A model generated the notes under the pieces. The model was given only the letters and a program-made list of their open reading frames with translations. It did not search any database and had not been told where the DNA came from. Positions 18,272 to 27,886 of a stretch of DNA of 64,000 nucleotides are shown here, in pieces. Within the stretch, counting starts at the first letter, position 1, and each line of letters starts with the position of its first letter. The DNA is from Patescibacteria group bacterium. GTDB taxonomy: Bacteria > Patescibacteriota > Microgenomatia > UBA10105 > UBA927. Made by a program: the position numbers and the translations under genes. The stretch covers positions 784 through 64,783 of the forward strand of contig JBMOPU010000033.1 of the NCBI GenBank assembly GCA_049322955.1. Direction: 5' to 3'.

Positions 18272-20716
18272 ATGGATACAAATTTTACCGGCATCAGAAA
18301 AACAGTATTTACCGACCGCTATGCGTTAAAAGATGAGGCGGGCAATCCCGTCGAACAAACGCCCGAGGAAATGTGGCGCAGAGTCGCGAAAGCGGTTGCC
18401 CTCATGGAAAAGAAAGATGACCGAAAGAAATGGGAAGACAAATTCTACGATGCCATGCGTGATTTTGTTTTGGTGCCCGGCGGGCGTATCCTCTCGGGGG
18501 CGGGGACGGGGTATAAGGTAACGTTTTATAACTGTTTTGTGATCCCCAGCCCGCATGATTCACGGGGAGGGATTTTAACCACGCTCACGCAAATGGTGGA
18601 AATCATGTCACGCGGCGGCGGCGTGGGAATAAACCTTTCGAGTCTTCGTCCGCGAGGAGCCAGAGTCCAAAAAGTCAACGGATTTTCATCGGGTCCCTGC
18701 AATTGGGCGGAACTTTTTTCTGTCGCGACAAAAGACATTATCCAACAAGGGGGCAGTAGAAGAGGTGCGCTGATGCTGATGTTGTGGGACTGGCATCCTG
18801 ATGTCGAAGAATTTATTACCGTCAAACAGGATCTTGCGAGAATTAACGGCGCAAATCTTTCCGTATGTGTTTCCGATGCCTTCATGGAAGCGGTGAAAAA
18901 AGATGCCGATTGGGAATTAAAATTTCCGGATCCCAAGGATCCCGATTACGATACCAAATGGGACGGCTATATGCCCAACTGGATAGCGCTCGGGAAAAAA
19001 CCGATTGTCCAAAAGACCGTCAAAGCCCGGGCATTGTGGGATCTTATCGCCACCGCCGCATGGAAGAGCGCCGAACCGGGAGTTGTTTTCATGGAGCGGT
19101 ACAACAAGTGGTTCAACAATTATTATTACGAGTACGTTAACTGCGTCAACCCCTGCGGCGAAGAGGGACTTCCCAACTGGGGCGTGTGTAACCTGACCTC
19201 GATCAACTTGTCGGCACTCGTCAATGAAAAAGGCGAGTTTGACTATGAACGGCTTGCCGAAGTCGCCCGAATCGGCGTGAGGTTCCAGGACGATATCATC
19301 GATGCCGACTATTACGTCTTTGATCAAATCAAAGAGGTACAGCTCCGCGGAGAACGGCGTATCGGCCTGGGTACCATGGGACTCGGTGATGCGTTAATCA
19401 AAATGAAGCTCCGGTACGGATCCGAAGAAAGTCTTGCCGTTATCGACAAAATCTACCGTACCATCAGGGATGCGGCGTATGATTCTTCCGTCGATCTCGC
19501 CAAAGAAAAAGGCGCATTTCCGAAAATCGATAAGGCCAAGCATCTTGAAGCGTATTTCGTAAAGAAACTTCCCGAAACAATACGCAAGAAGCTTAAAAAG
19601 TACGGGATCAGAAATTCGATGATATTACAGCAGGCTCCCACCGGGTCCACGTCGCTCATGGCCGGCGTATCGAGCGGTATCGAACCGGTGTATGAGTTTG
19701 AATTCATCCGCCGCGACCGCTTGGGAGAGCATATTCTCCGCCATCCGCTGTATGAAGCATGGTTCCAGAAGTATAAGGAAGAACAGGGAACCGAGCCGAA
19801 AAAAACCGACCGTCCCGATTATTTCGTATCGGCAAATGATTTGACCCCGGAAGACCACGTGCGGGTGCAGGCGGCTATCCAACAGTATGTGGATGCCTCG
19901 ATCAGCAAAACCGTCAATGCTCCCAAAACGCACACTGTCGAAGACGTAAAACGCCTTTATACCCTTGCATATGATTTGGGGTGCAAAGGTATTGCGTACA
20001 TGCGGGAAGGAAGCCGCGAGGGTGTGTTAACGAGAAAAGAAGAAGAGACCAAAAAAGAGGAAATCAAACAGGTTGCCGCCCCCGTGATGAGTGCTGAAGT
20101 AAAGCCGCGTCCGGCCGTGGTGCACGGCTCGACCTATCAGCTGGAAACGCCGATGGGGCAGGCATACATCACCATTAACACCAACGGCGGAGAACAACCG
20201 CTTGAGGTATTTGTGAATGTCGGCAAAGCAGGAAGCGACGTCACCGCCATGGCGGAAGCCATGGGTCGGTTAATATCACTCGTCCTGCGCGTTGCGTCGC
20301 CGATTTCTCCCATGGAGCGGGCGCACCGGGTGGCAAGTGAGCTTATCGGTATCGGAGGCGCAAGAAGTCTCGGTTTCGGCGAAAACAGAGTCCGCAGTCT
20401 TCCCGACGCGGTAGCCAAAGTCATCGACCGCCATTTCGGCTTTTTTGCCAAACACCGGGTTGATGCCCCTATTGCCGCAAACGGGAACGGTCATACGGTT
20501 CCGCAAACAAACGGTAATGGGCACGCCCCGACAGTTGTTACCGGCGCACCGCAGGTAGAACCGGCGGCAAACCCCGTCGCGATGCCCGCGACCCAAATGC
20601 TCCTGACGGAGCGAAGAATGGTAACCGTGGATTTGTGTCCGTCATGCGGCGAGGGGAGTCTCGTGTTTGAAGAATCATGCAAGAAATGCTATTCGTGCGG
20701 TTATTCCGAGTGTTAA
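18272..20716 (+). CDS. nrdJ: class II adenosylcobalamin-dependent ribonucleotide reductase
   Basis: 814 aa; RNR catalytic core motifs; C-terminal zinc ribbon CPSCGEGS...CKKCYSCGY typical of NrdJ. Confidence 0.85.
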   Translation: MDTNFTGIRKTVFTDRYALKDEAGNPVEQTPEEMWRRVAKAVALMEKKDDRKKWEDKFYDAMRDFVLVPGGRILSGAGTGYKVTFYNCFVIPSPHDSRGGILTTLTQMVEIMSRGGGVGINLSSLRPRGARVQKVNGFSSGPCNWAELFSVATKDIIQQGGSRRGALMLMLWDWHPDVEEFITVKQDLARINGANLSVCVSDAFMEAVKKDADWELKFPDPKDPDYDTKWDGYMPNWIALGKKPIVQKTVKARALWDLIATAAWKSAEPGVVFMERYNKWFNNYYYEYVNCVNPCGEEGLPNWGVCNLTSINLSALVNEKGEFDYERLAEVARIGVRFQDDIIDADYYVFDQIKEVQLRGERRIGLGTMGLGDALIKMKLRYGSEESLAVIDKIYRTIRDAAYDSSVDLAKEKGAFPKIDKAKHLEAYFVKKLPETIRKKLKKYGIRNSMILQQAPTGSTSLMAGVSSGIEPVYEFEFIRRDRLGEHILRHPLYEAWFQKYKEEQGTEPKKTDRPDYFVSANDLTPEDHVRVQAAIQQYVDASISKTVNAPKTHTVEDVKRLYTLAYDLGCKGIAYMREGSREGVLTRKEEETKKEEIKQVAAPVMSAEVKPRPAVVHGSTYQLETPMGQAYITINTNGGEQPLEVFVNVGKAGSDVTAMAEAMGRLISLVLRVASPISPMERAHRVASELIGIGGARSLGFGENRVRSLPDAVAKVIDRHFGFFAKHRVDAPIAANGNGHTVPQTNGNGHAPTVVTGAPQVEPAANPVAMPATQMLLTERRMVTVDLCPSCGEGSLVFEESCKKCYSCGYSEC

Positions 20717-20725
20717 ACTACTGTC

Positions 20726-21277
20726 ATGCCAATTTACACAAAAACCGGCGATACTGGTTCGACCGCATTATTCGGAGGCAAACGCGTACTCAAGTGTGAA
20801 GAGCTGGTCGATGTGTACGGGTCCATCGATGAGCTTAATTCCTGGATAGGCATGGTTGCCGGCGTCATCGACACGGCAGACGTTCAGACCTTTTTGTTCG
20901 CCATCCAAACGGATCTTTTTACCGTCGGCAGTCATTTGGCGGGATGGACAGCGGATCTTAGCGTGCTTCCCAAGCGGGTAAGTGAAATGGAAGCGCGGAT
21001 TGATGTCCTGGATGATACGCTCCCTAAACTCACCAATTTTATTCTTCCCGGAGGGACGAAGTTGGCATCGGAAATTCACCTTGCGCGAGCCGTATGCCGA
21101 AGGGTCGAACGCCAGCTCGTATCACTGGGGCAAAAACAAACGGTTGATCCGAAGATTTATGTCTATCTTAACCGTCTTTCCGATTTATTGTTTATGCTCG
21201 CCAGATTTATCAATCATACCGCCGGCGTTGTTGAGGTAACGTGGCAGGGCATTGACCGGAAAGCCAAAAAGCAGTAA
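20726..21277 (+). CDS. pduO: ATP:cob(I)alamin adenosyltransferase, PduO-type
   Basis: N-terminus MPIYTKTGDTGSTALFGG, the classic PduO/MMAB signature; 183 aa. Confidence 0.8.
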   Translation: MPIYTKTGDTGSTALFGGKRVLKCEELVDVYGSIDELNSWIGMVAGVIDTADVQTFLFAIQTDLFTVGSHLAGWTADLSVLPKRVSEMEARIDVLDDTLPKLTNFILPGGTKLASEIHLARAVCRRVERQLVSLGQKQTVDPKIYVYLNRLSDLLFMLARFINHTAGVVEVTWQGIDRKAKKQ

Positions 21278-21353
21278 AACAAGTCCAGTAGAAGTAAGGG
21301 CAAGAGGAACCCCGCGAACTTCGGGGACTGTGCCGCAACGGTGATCCGCCAGC

Positions 21354-23366
21354 TTGACGGAAAGTCCGGAACTCCCCCTTATATATCCCGAGCAGGAGGC
21401 AATTATGGAGAAGCCCTCTCCGACATACGATAATTTTGCGCGCTATAGCATCCGTTCATATAACGACGATACACGGTATAAAGACCGTCTGACGCTTCGC
21501 GGTATTCCCCAGCTTACGGACACGGATGAAGAAGAAAACAAACCCCGATGGCGGGGCGATCACACCTATAATTCCGAAGCGGCATCCTACTCACTCACGC
21601 ATTTTATCGAGCCGGAAGTCAGAAAGGCACACCCCGACTGGACGCACGAAGAAGTACAAAAAGAGGCAACCCAGCGTTTCAAAGAACGGCTTGCACAGGA
21701 TCTTTCATATGAACACAAAGAAAATGCCCATGAAGAATCTGAAGTGCGGTGGGAAAAAATACGGGTGGCGGACGGTTCGTGGGAGCTGGCTACTTCCTAC
21801 GGGGACAAGATGATTACCTTAAACGAACTTTGGGAGCATACCAAAGAGTATGCGGCCTTTGCCGGTAATCCGGACGCGTATAACCGGGATGAACATGCGG
21901 CGCAACTTGCCATGCAGGAACAACTGATATCCGGGAATGCGACGGGATTTGTCAGCGTGCTGTCACACCCTGATGCCGTCCGATATGTCCAGATATGGCA
22001 GAAGTCGGAAGACGGAGGAGTTATCTCCAAGCATGTTGACCTGTTTAAAACGACGGGTACGGACTTCACTCATGAAGAGGGAGCGGATTTTATCCGACAC
22101 CTTGCCCGATTTCATGATGCCGACACGCTTTCATCGGAAGTCTCTTCGTACGCGCATTTTTTTCTGAAGGAAAAAAATATCACCGAATCGGATATCCGTA
22201 CCATCGCCATTGCCCAAACCATGGAACGCGTGCGTGAGGCACCGTCTCCCCATGTGTCCACCGAATATGTACGGATTGTGGGTGATGTGGCGCGAGACAG
22301 CAAAAAAACGTTTATAGAACTCGGGGTGTTTCTCAAAGAGCATATTGATAAAAAAATCGCTCTCGTGAAAAACACCACCGACATTCCGAAAAAAGAAAAA
22401 ACCCGTCGTCTCCCGATTGGTTCCGCAGATCGTCATCCCGTTACCGAGGCAACACGAGCGTTTATTACGGTTCGCCACATCGATACCGCACCAAATGCGC
22501 ATCTGCGAACCGATACAATGCGGTCCACCGATTCGATGAAATCCGTTGCCGCAGAATGGGTGGTGATGCAAACCATGCTTCGGTATAGCCCCGTTATACC
22601 GACGGGCGCCGGTGCCCTTATTTTTTGGTTCACCCGTCCCCTGGAACAGATACAACCGGAAAAAAGAAAACAAATGGGCATCCCTCACGCTGAGGAAAAA
22701 AACACCGTGTTACCCCCCGCACGGGTAAAAGAAAAAAATCCCCGCATATCACTGCGATCACTTTTCCGATTGGTCAGTGAGGCGGGGAAGCGGGCGTTTG
22801 TTCGCTCCGAGAAACAAAAAAATATATCCTCGACGATCGCGGAGAAAACGCCGAAGAAACCTGCGGAACCGGGAAATTCCGAAGTACCCGCCGTACGCCT
22901 GTCGCTTCCCTTTGTGGAACGGCTTCTTCATTTGTACAGAACGCTTATCGTGGAGAAACAGTCAAAACCGCACGGAGTGAAGAAACGGGATACACGAGAC
23001 GCGAACATACCGGAACAGTTGGTTGCCCAGGCCGAAGAAAAAGCAACGCGTATAGTGAAAGATATGGGGATAGCCATCATCGTATGGCTCCTTGTTGAGT
23101 GGGAACGCACGATTGTGTGTGAAAGTCAGGCGTTACCGGCTGAACATGAGGTGGTATTTGCCGATACGCCTGAAATTCCCGACGGGAAAAAACAATCTTC
23201 CTGGCTGTTGTTTGCCATAATCTGGTATCTTTCGGCACTTCGCGAGCACGGCAAACCCGGATCTTTCCAGCAGAAAAAAACCGGGAAAAAGCGGAAAAAA
23301 AAGACCACGGCAAAATCACGCCGTTTTTTGCCGTCATCAGGCATCATATTCACCTATGGTTCGTGA
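21354..23366 (+). CDS. large hypothetical protein (670 aa), charged N-terminal domain, two C-terminal TM segments, poly-Lys tail
   Basis: no recognisable catalytic motif; TM-like IAIIVWLLVEW and SWLLFAIIWYLSAL; tail KKTGKKRKKKTTAKSRR. Confidence 0.4.
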   Translation: MTESPELPLIYPEQEAIMEKPSPTYDNFARYSIRSYNDDTRYKDRLTLRGIPQLTDTDEEENKPRWRGDHTYNSEAASYSLTHFIEPEVRKAHPDWTHEEVQKEATQRFKERLAQDLSYEHKENAHEESEVRWEKIRVADGSWELATSYGDKMITLNELWEHTKEYAAFAGNPDAYNRDEHAAQLAMQEQLISGNATGFVSVLSHPDAVRYVQIWQKSEDGGVISKHVDLFKTTGTDFTHEEGADFIRHLARFHDADTLSSEVSSYAHFFLKEKNITESDIRTIAIAQTMERVREAPSPHVSTEYVRIVGDVARDSKKTFIELGVFLKEHIDKKIALVKNTTDIPKKEKTRRLPIGSADRHPVTEATRAFITVRHIDTAPNAHLRTDTMRSTDSMKSVAAEWVVMQTMLRYSPVIPTGAGALIFWFTRPLEQIQPEKRKQMGIPHAEEKNTVLPPARVKEKNPRISLRSLFRLVSEAGKRAFVRSEKQKNISSTIAEKTPKKPAEPGNSEVPAVRLSLPFVERLLHLYRTLIVEKQSKPHGVKKRDTRDANIPEQLVAQAEEKATRIVKDMGIAIIVWLLVEWERTIVCESQALPAEHEVVFADTPEIPDGKKQSSWLLFAIIWYLSALREHGKPGSFQQKKTGKKRKKKTTAKSRRFLPSSGIIFTYGS

Positions 23367-23823
23367 TAGAATAATACTTATGGATCCTCTGCCCAACACA
23401 TCGCAACGATCTTCCGCAACCCCGGCAATGCCGGCTGGTTCGATGGTCGGTAGTATGGCCAAAGAACAGGTTCCTTTAACCGCCACTCCCGAAACACCTT
23501 CTCTTTCGGAAGTGGGAAAAGAAGTTGACCTTCCTCAGGAAGTACAGCGAGCGGGAGTCACGATACAATCGGATACGATTACCTTGCCGAAAGTCGTCCA
23601 AAACATGGGAGTTTCCGCGGTGGGTCCCTCGGCACCGTCTTCTTCCGCACCCGTCGCTACCGTCGTGTTGCCGCTTACCGATGACCAAATTGCACAAGGT
23701 GTCCATCAAAGTATCATGACTTCATGGCGGTGGTTAGCCGAGTGGTGTGAACGACAACTCAAACAGGCGCATATTTTGCTGACTTCTGCGCACGGGAAAA
23801 TTATACGGACAAAAACGGAATAA
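23356..23823 (+). CDS. hypothetical Pro/Ser/Thr/Ala-rich protein (155 aa)
   Basis: ORF overlaps the upstream gene by 11 nt and ends 4 nt before the ATPase gene (translational coupling); no motif. Confidence 0.35.
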   Translation: MVRDRIILMDPLPNTSQRSSATPAMPAGSMVGSMAKEQVPLTATPETPSLSEVGKEVDLPQEVQRAGVTIQSDTITLPKVVQNMGVSAVGPSAPSSSAPVATVVLPLTDDQIAQGVHQSIMTSWRWLAEWCERQLKQAHILLTSAHGKIIRTKTE

Positions 23824-23827
23824 TCGT

Positions 23828-26176
23828 ATGCCATTAGAATTTGCTGATATCGTCTATCAATTGGAAGTATTGGGGGTGGCGCTTCTTATCGTCACCTTTT
23901 GTCTGATCGGTTTTGCGGTACTAGGATACGTCCTGTTTCTTGCGTGGAAATACCGGGATCGCGAAAAACGTTCGATGGAATATACCCTCATGCAAGTGGC
24001 AACCCCTCGGGATAACGAAATCAAAATCGATGCGGCGGAGCAAATGTTCGCCAGTCTGCATGCGATTCATCACGGAGGATTTTGGTCGTTTTTGAAACCG
24101 CAGGATCATATTTCTTTTGAAATCGTCGCAAAGAGGGAAGACATACGATTTTATATCGCCGCCCCGAAACACTATATCGATCTTGTCGAAAAACAAATAC
24201 ACGGTTCATATCCGGGAGCAGACGTAAAAATCGTGGACGAATACAATATATTTTCCGAAAACGGCAAGGTGGCGTTTGCGGCATTGACGCCCAAAAATTC
24301 CGACTACATGCCGATCCGGGTATTTCGTGATCTTCCCATTGATCCGCTTTCTTCGATAACCAGCGTACTTGCCAAAATGGCCGAAGGAGAGGGAGCCGCA
24401 ATTCAGGTGTTGGTACAGCCTGCGGGGAGCAAGTGGAGTAGCCTTGGAAGATCGTTTATCTCAAAGACGAAAAAGAACGAGGCAAATCCCGAAAAAGCGA
24501 GCTTTAAGATTGATGCGAAAACACTTGAATCGGTGGAACAGAAAGTTTCTAAGCCGGGTTTTAATACCGTCATCCGACTGGTGGTGAGTGCCGCGACAAA
24601 AGAAGCGGCGGACGCGCATCTTGAAAATCTTATCACGTCGTTTCATCAATACACCTCCGATCACAATCACTTTTCCAAGGTGAAACATCCGATGAAAAAG
24701 TTTTTTATGGTCGACTTTATTTACCGATATTTCCCGATGGTGAATCTGCCGTTTTTTAAGCAGTACGGTGTGTTAAACAGCGATGAGCTCGCCACTATTT
24801 ATCATTTTCCGAACAAATCGATTGAAACACCGCATATATTCTGGTTGAACGCGAAGCGGGCGCCGGCTCCAATGCAGATTGCCTCTAGCGGACTGTTTAT
24901 CGGGGTTTCCCGATATCGCGGCGTCGACAGGCCGATATTTATCGGAGATGACGATAGAAGACGGCATCTGTATGTCATCGGAAAAACCGGTACCGGAAAA
25001 TCACAGATGCTCGAAGAGCTGGTTATTCAGGATGTGAAAGCCGGAAAAGGACTTGCCGTCATTGACCCGCACGGGGATCTTATTGACGGAATATTGGCCC
25101 GTATTCCTCCCGAACGTGCCGAGGATGTTATTTATTTTGATCCGTCCGACGGAGAACGTCCGATGGGACTCAATATGTTGGAAGCGCAAACGGAGGAACA
25201 GAAACATTTTGTGGTGACTTCCATCGTGGGACTTATGTACAAACTCTACGATCCGCAGAAAACCGGTATCATCGGTCCGCGGTTTGAACATGCGGTACGT
25301 AATGCCATGCTTACCGTCATGAGCGAACCGGGAACGACGTTTATCGAAGTGGTTCGTATATTAACCGACAGCAACTTCGTGCAGGAATTGCTTCCCAAGG
25401 TCCAGGATCCGATTATCAGAAGATATTGGACCGATCAGATTGCACAAACCGCCGACTTCCATAAATCCGAGGTATTGGACTACATCGTTTCCAAATTCGG
25501 CCGTTTCGTTACGAATAAACTCATGCGGAACATTATCGGGCAATCGGAATCAAGCTTTAACTTCCGCAAGGTGATGGACGAAGGAAAAATCCTGCTTGTT
25601 AATCTCTCCAAAGGAAAACTCGGCGAAGAAAACAGCAACTTTTTGGGACTTATCTTAGTGCCGCGTATTCTTATCGCGGCAATGAGCAGACAGGATATTC
25701 CTGAGGATAAACGGCGGGATTTTTACCTTTATGTGGACGAATTCCAAAATTTCGCCACCCCTGATTTTGCCCAGATTCTTTCCGAAGCCCGGAAATACCG
25801 CTTGAGTCTTACCGTAGCAAACCAATTCATCGGACAAATGGAAGAAGAAGTGAAGAACGCAGTGTTCGGTAACGTCGGTACGCTTATTACATTCCGGGTG
25901 GGGGTAACCGACGCGAATTATCTCCAGCATGAATATCAGCCGACATTTAACGAAATTGATTTAATCAACATCGATAAATTTAATGCATACGTAAAAACCA
26001 TCGTGCACAACGAACCGGTGAAACCGTTTAGCGTGGACTTATCGAAAGATATGTCGGTTGTGAATGCTGAACGAAATAAGGATGTCGCGCAGGCAATCAT
26101 TCAGTTATCCCGGTTGAAATACGGTCAGGCGAGGGAACTTATCGAGGCGGAAATCCAGGAACGCGCCCGTTTGTAA
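23828..26176 (+). CDS. membrane-anchored VirB4/TraC-class (AAA_10/DUF87, HerA-FtsK superfamily) ATPase
   Basis: N-terminal TM helix; ~380 aa pre-ATPase domain; Walker A VIGKTGTGKSQML then IDPHGD; Walker B LYVDEFQNFAT (DE plus aromatic, as in VirB4 DEAW). Confidence 0.55.
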   Translation: MPLEFADIVYQLEVLGVALLIVTFCLIGFAVLGYVLFLAWKYRDREKRSMEYTLMQVATPRDNEIKIDAAEQMFASLHAIHHGGFWSFLKPQDHISFEIVAKREDIRFYIAAPKHYIDLVEKQIHGSYPGADVKIVDEYNIFSENGKVAFAALTPKNSDYMPIRVFRDLPIDPLSSITSVLAKMAEGEGAAIQVLVQPAGSKWSSLGRSFISKTKKNEANPEKASFKIDAKTLESVEQKVSKPGFNTVIRLVVSAATKEAADAHLENLITSFHQYTSDHNHFSKVKHPMKKFFMVDFIYRYFPMVNLPFFKQYGVLNSDELATIYHFPNKSIETPHIFWLNAKRAPAPMQIASSGLFIGVSRYRGVDRPIFIGDDDRRRHLYVIGKTGTGKSQMLEELVIQDVKAGKGLAVIDPHGDLIDGILARIPPERAEDVIYFDPSDGERPMGLNMLEAQTEEQKHFVVTSIVGLMYKLYDPQKTGIIGPRFEHAVRNAMLTVMSEPGTTFIEVVRILTDSNFVQELLPKVQDPIIRRYWTDQIAQTADFHKSEVLDYIVSKFGRFVTNKLMRNIIGQSESSFNFRKVMDEGKILLVNLSKGKLGEENSNFLGLILVPRILIAAMSRQDIPEDKRRDFYLYVDEFQNFATPDFAQILSEARKYRLSLTVANQFIGQMEEEVKNAVFGNVGTLITFRVGVTDANYLQHEYQPTFNEIDLINIDKFNAYVKTIVHNEPVKPFSVDLSKDMSVVNAERNKDVAQAIIQLSRLKYGQARELIEAEIQERARL

Positions 26177-26255
26177 AAAATTCTTCAGGTTACTCTCTTT
26201 ACATTCAAAAAAAAACATGTAATGCTCTGAAGATATTCGGTAAATATATCTATTC

Positions 26256-27653
26256 ATGAGTCAATCTCCCGAGGAAATTTCCTCAGAAAAAAAACATAAC
26301 GTTTTAGTGTATATATTCAACATGTCGGAGGATGTGTGGTCGTTCATTTCCGCCATGTCCGACGCCAACGCAAGAAGTGCGGAGATTGTGGAAAACGGCT
26401 ACCTCGGGGATGTTCGGATGTTTCAGTTTGCGGGTGAGGACAACGAAGTCTTGTATATAACTCCGCAACCGGTAAGCCAACAATTTCTTGATTATTATCA
26501 TTCGCTTTTCCCCAACACAAAGCTGAGCGTGTTAACGACGGCTCAACATAGCGGCGTTATTTGCGAGGATATTTTACACGATCCGTCGATCATGAACGCG
26601 CTTGTCGAGGTGGCGAATTCCTCTCGGAAACTTACGATAACGAGTTATGCGGTAAGTCAGCCGTTTCTCAATCTCGTTCGTGCGCTTCGTGAGAAGGGAC
26701 TGATTATCGTAACTCCCGAAGCACCCGATGAAGAAGACGCTTGGACGGTCAATTTCTTCGGCAGTAAGTCTGGCATCCGGCAACTTGCCCAGCAAAGTAG
26801 TAACGAGGAACCGGATTTTAAAATGGCGGACGGGGTTATTTGTTTCGGTATCGAAGATGCGGCGAAGATTGCGGCGATCCGTTATGTCAAAGAGCAGGGC
26901 GTCGTTATCAAAACAAACAAAGGGCATTCGGGAATGGGGGTCGAAATTTTTCGTCCCGGTGATTTGCCCGATGAATTCCATGCGTGTCAGGCAAAAATAT
27001 TGGCATTGCTTACCAAGGATTCCTACTGGCAAAAGTTCCCTATCATCATCGAAAAACTTATTCAGGTGAGTAATTCGGTGGCGGGCGGAAATCCGAATGT
27101 GGAGTTTAAGATCAATAGAAACGGACACATAGATTTTCTTTATCACTGCGGTGTTTTGGTTACCAAAGAAGGGGCGTTTCACGGCATAGAAATCGGACAC
27201 GATATCATGCCGGAGCGGGTAGCCGCGCGTATAAAAGATACCGGGTATTATATTGCGGAACGGTTTGCCGCGGCGGGATATCGCGGATATTTTGACGTTG
27301 ATTGCGTGGCGGGAAAAAACGGAGAAATCTATGTCGCGGAATCAAACGTACGAAGCACGGGAGGGACCTTCGTTTATACGACAGCGGTCGCGTTATTCGG
27401 CGAAAACTTCATGTATGATACCTATCTTTTCTCCAATAACGGGTATATGATTCCGCATCTTAAGCGGCAAACATTCGCGAGCATGCTCACGAGGCTTTCG
27501 CCGATTTTGTATGATAAAACGACCAAAGAAGGACTTATATTAACGAGTGAAAATCTCCTGCGTATGCAGAAATTCTCATTCATCATTTTTGCAAAAAACA
27601 AAAAACGATCCCTCGAGATTGAAGCCCGCATGGAAGAACTTCTGCAGGCGTAA
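26256..27653 (+). CDS. ATP-grasp fold enzyme with long N-terminal extension
   Basis: VVIKTNKGHSGMGVEIF (Lys/Gly-rich loop) and C-terminal YFDVDCVAGKNGEIYVAESNVRSTGG (E-x-N-x-R motif). Confidence 0.45.
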   Translation: MSQSPEEISSEKKHNVLVYIFNMSEDVWSFISAMSDANARSAEIVENGYLGDVRMFQFAGEDNEVLYITPQPVSQQFLDYYHSLFPNTKLSVLTTAQHSGVICEDILHDPSIMNALVEVANSSRKLTITSYAVSQPFLNLVRALREKGLIIVTPEAPDEEDAWTVNFFGSKSGIRQLAQQSSNEEPDFKMADGVICFGIEDAAKIAAIRYVKEQGVVIKTNKGHSGMGVEIFRPGDLPDEFHACQAKILALLTKDSYWQKFPIIIEKLIQVSNSVAGGNPNVEFKINRNGHIDFLYHCGVLVTKEGAFHGIEIGHDIMPERVAARIKDTGYYIAERFAAAGYRGYFDVDCVAGKNGEIYVAESNVRSTGGTFVYTTAVALFGENFMYDTYLFSNNGYMIPHLKRQTFASMLTRLSPILYDKTTKEGLILTSENLLRMQKFSFIIFAKNKKRSLEIEARMEELLQA

Positions 27654-27812
27654 GTGGCGGCGTCGCCGTTTCTTTTGATACAATCGGATCCATGGGTGTG
27701 TAGCCCAGCGGTACCTATGCTCGCTATCGCAAGCATGAGCTTGCTTGGTCGTTGCGGGCGGGGAGCGCTATCGACATATCAGGTACGCTCATTAATACGT
27801 GCGTACAAAATG

Positions 27813-27884
27813 GGGCCAGTAGCTCAGTGGTAGAGCGCTATCCTTATAAGATAGATGTCCTTGGTCCGATCCCAAGCTGGCCCA
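27813..27884 (+). tRNA. tRNA with anticodon TAT (tRNA-Ile-UAU), CCA not encoded
   Basis: Perfect 7-bp acceptor (GGGCCAG/CTGGCCC), D arm GCTC-AGTGGTA-GAGC, anticodon arm CTATC-CTTATAA-GATAG, T arm CTTGG-TCCGATC-CCAAG; note C at position 55. Confidence 0.7.
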
Positions 27885-27886
27885 CT

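Noticed and set aside
27694-27790. Second tRNA gene immediately upstream of the TAT tRNA
   Set aside because: The 5' half resembles acceptor plus D arm, but no consistent D-stem 3' strand, T arm or acceptor 3' strand could be found; kept only as a finding.
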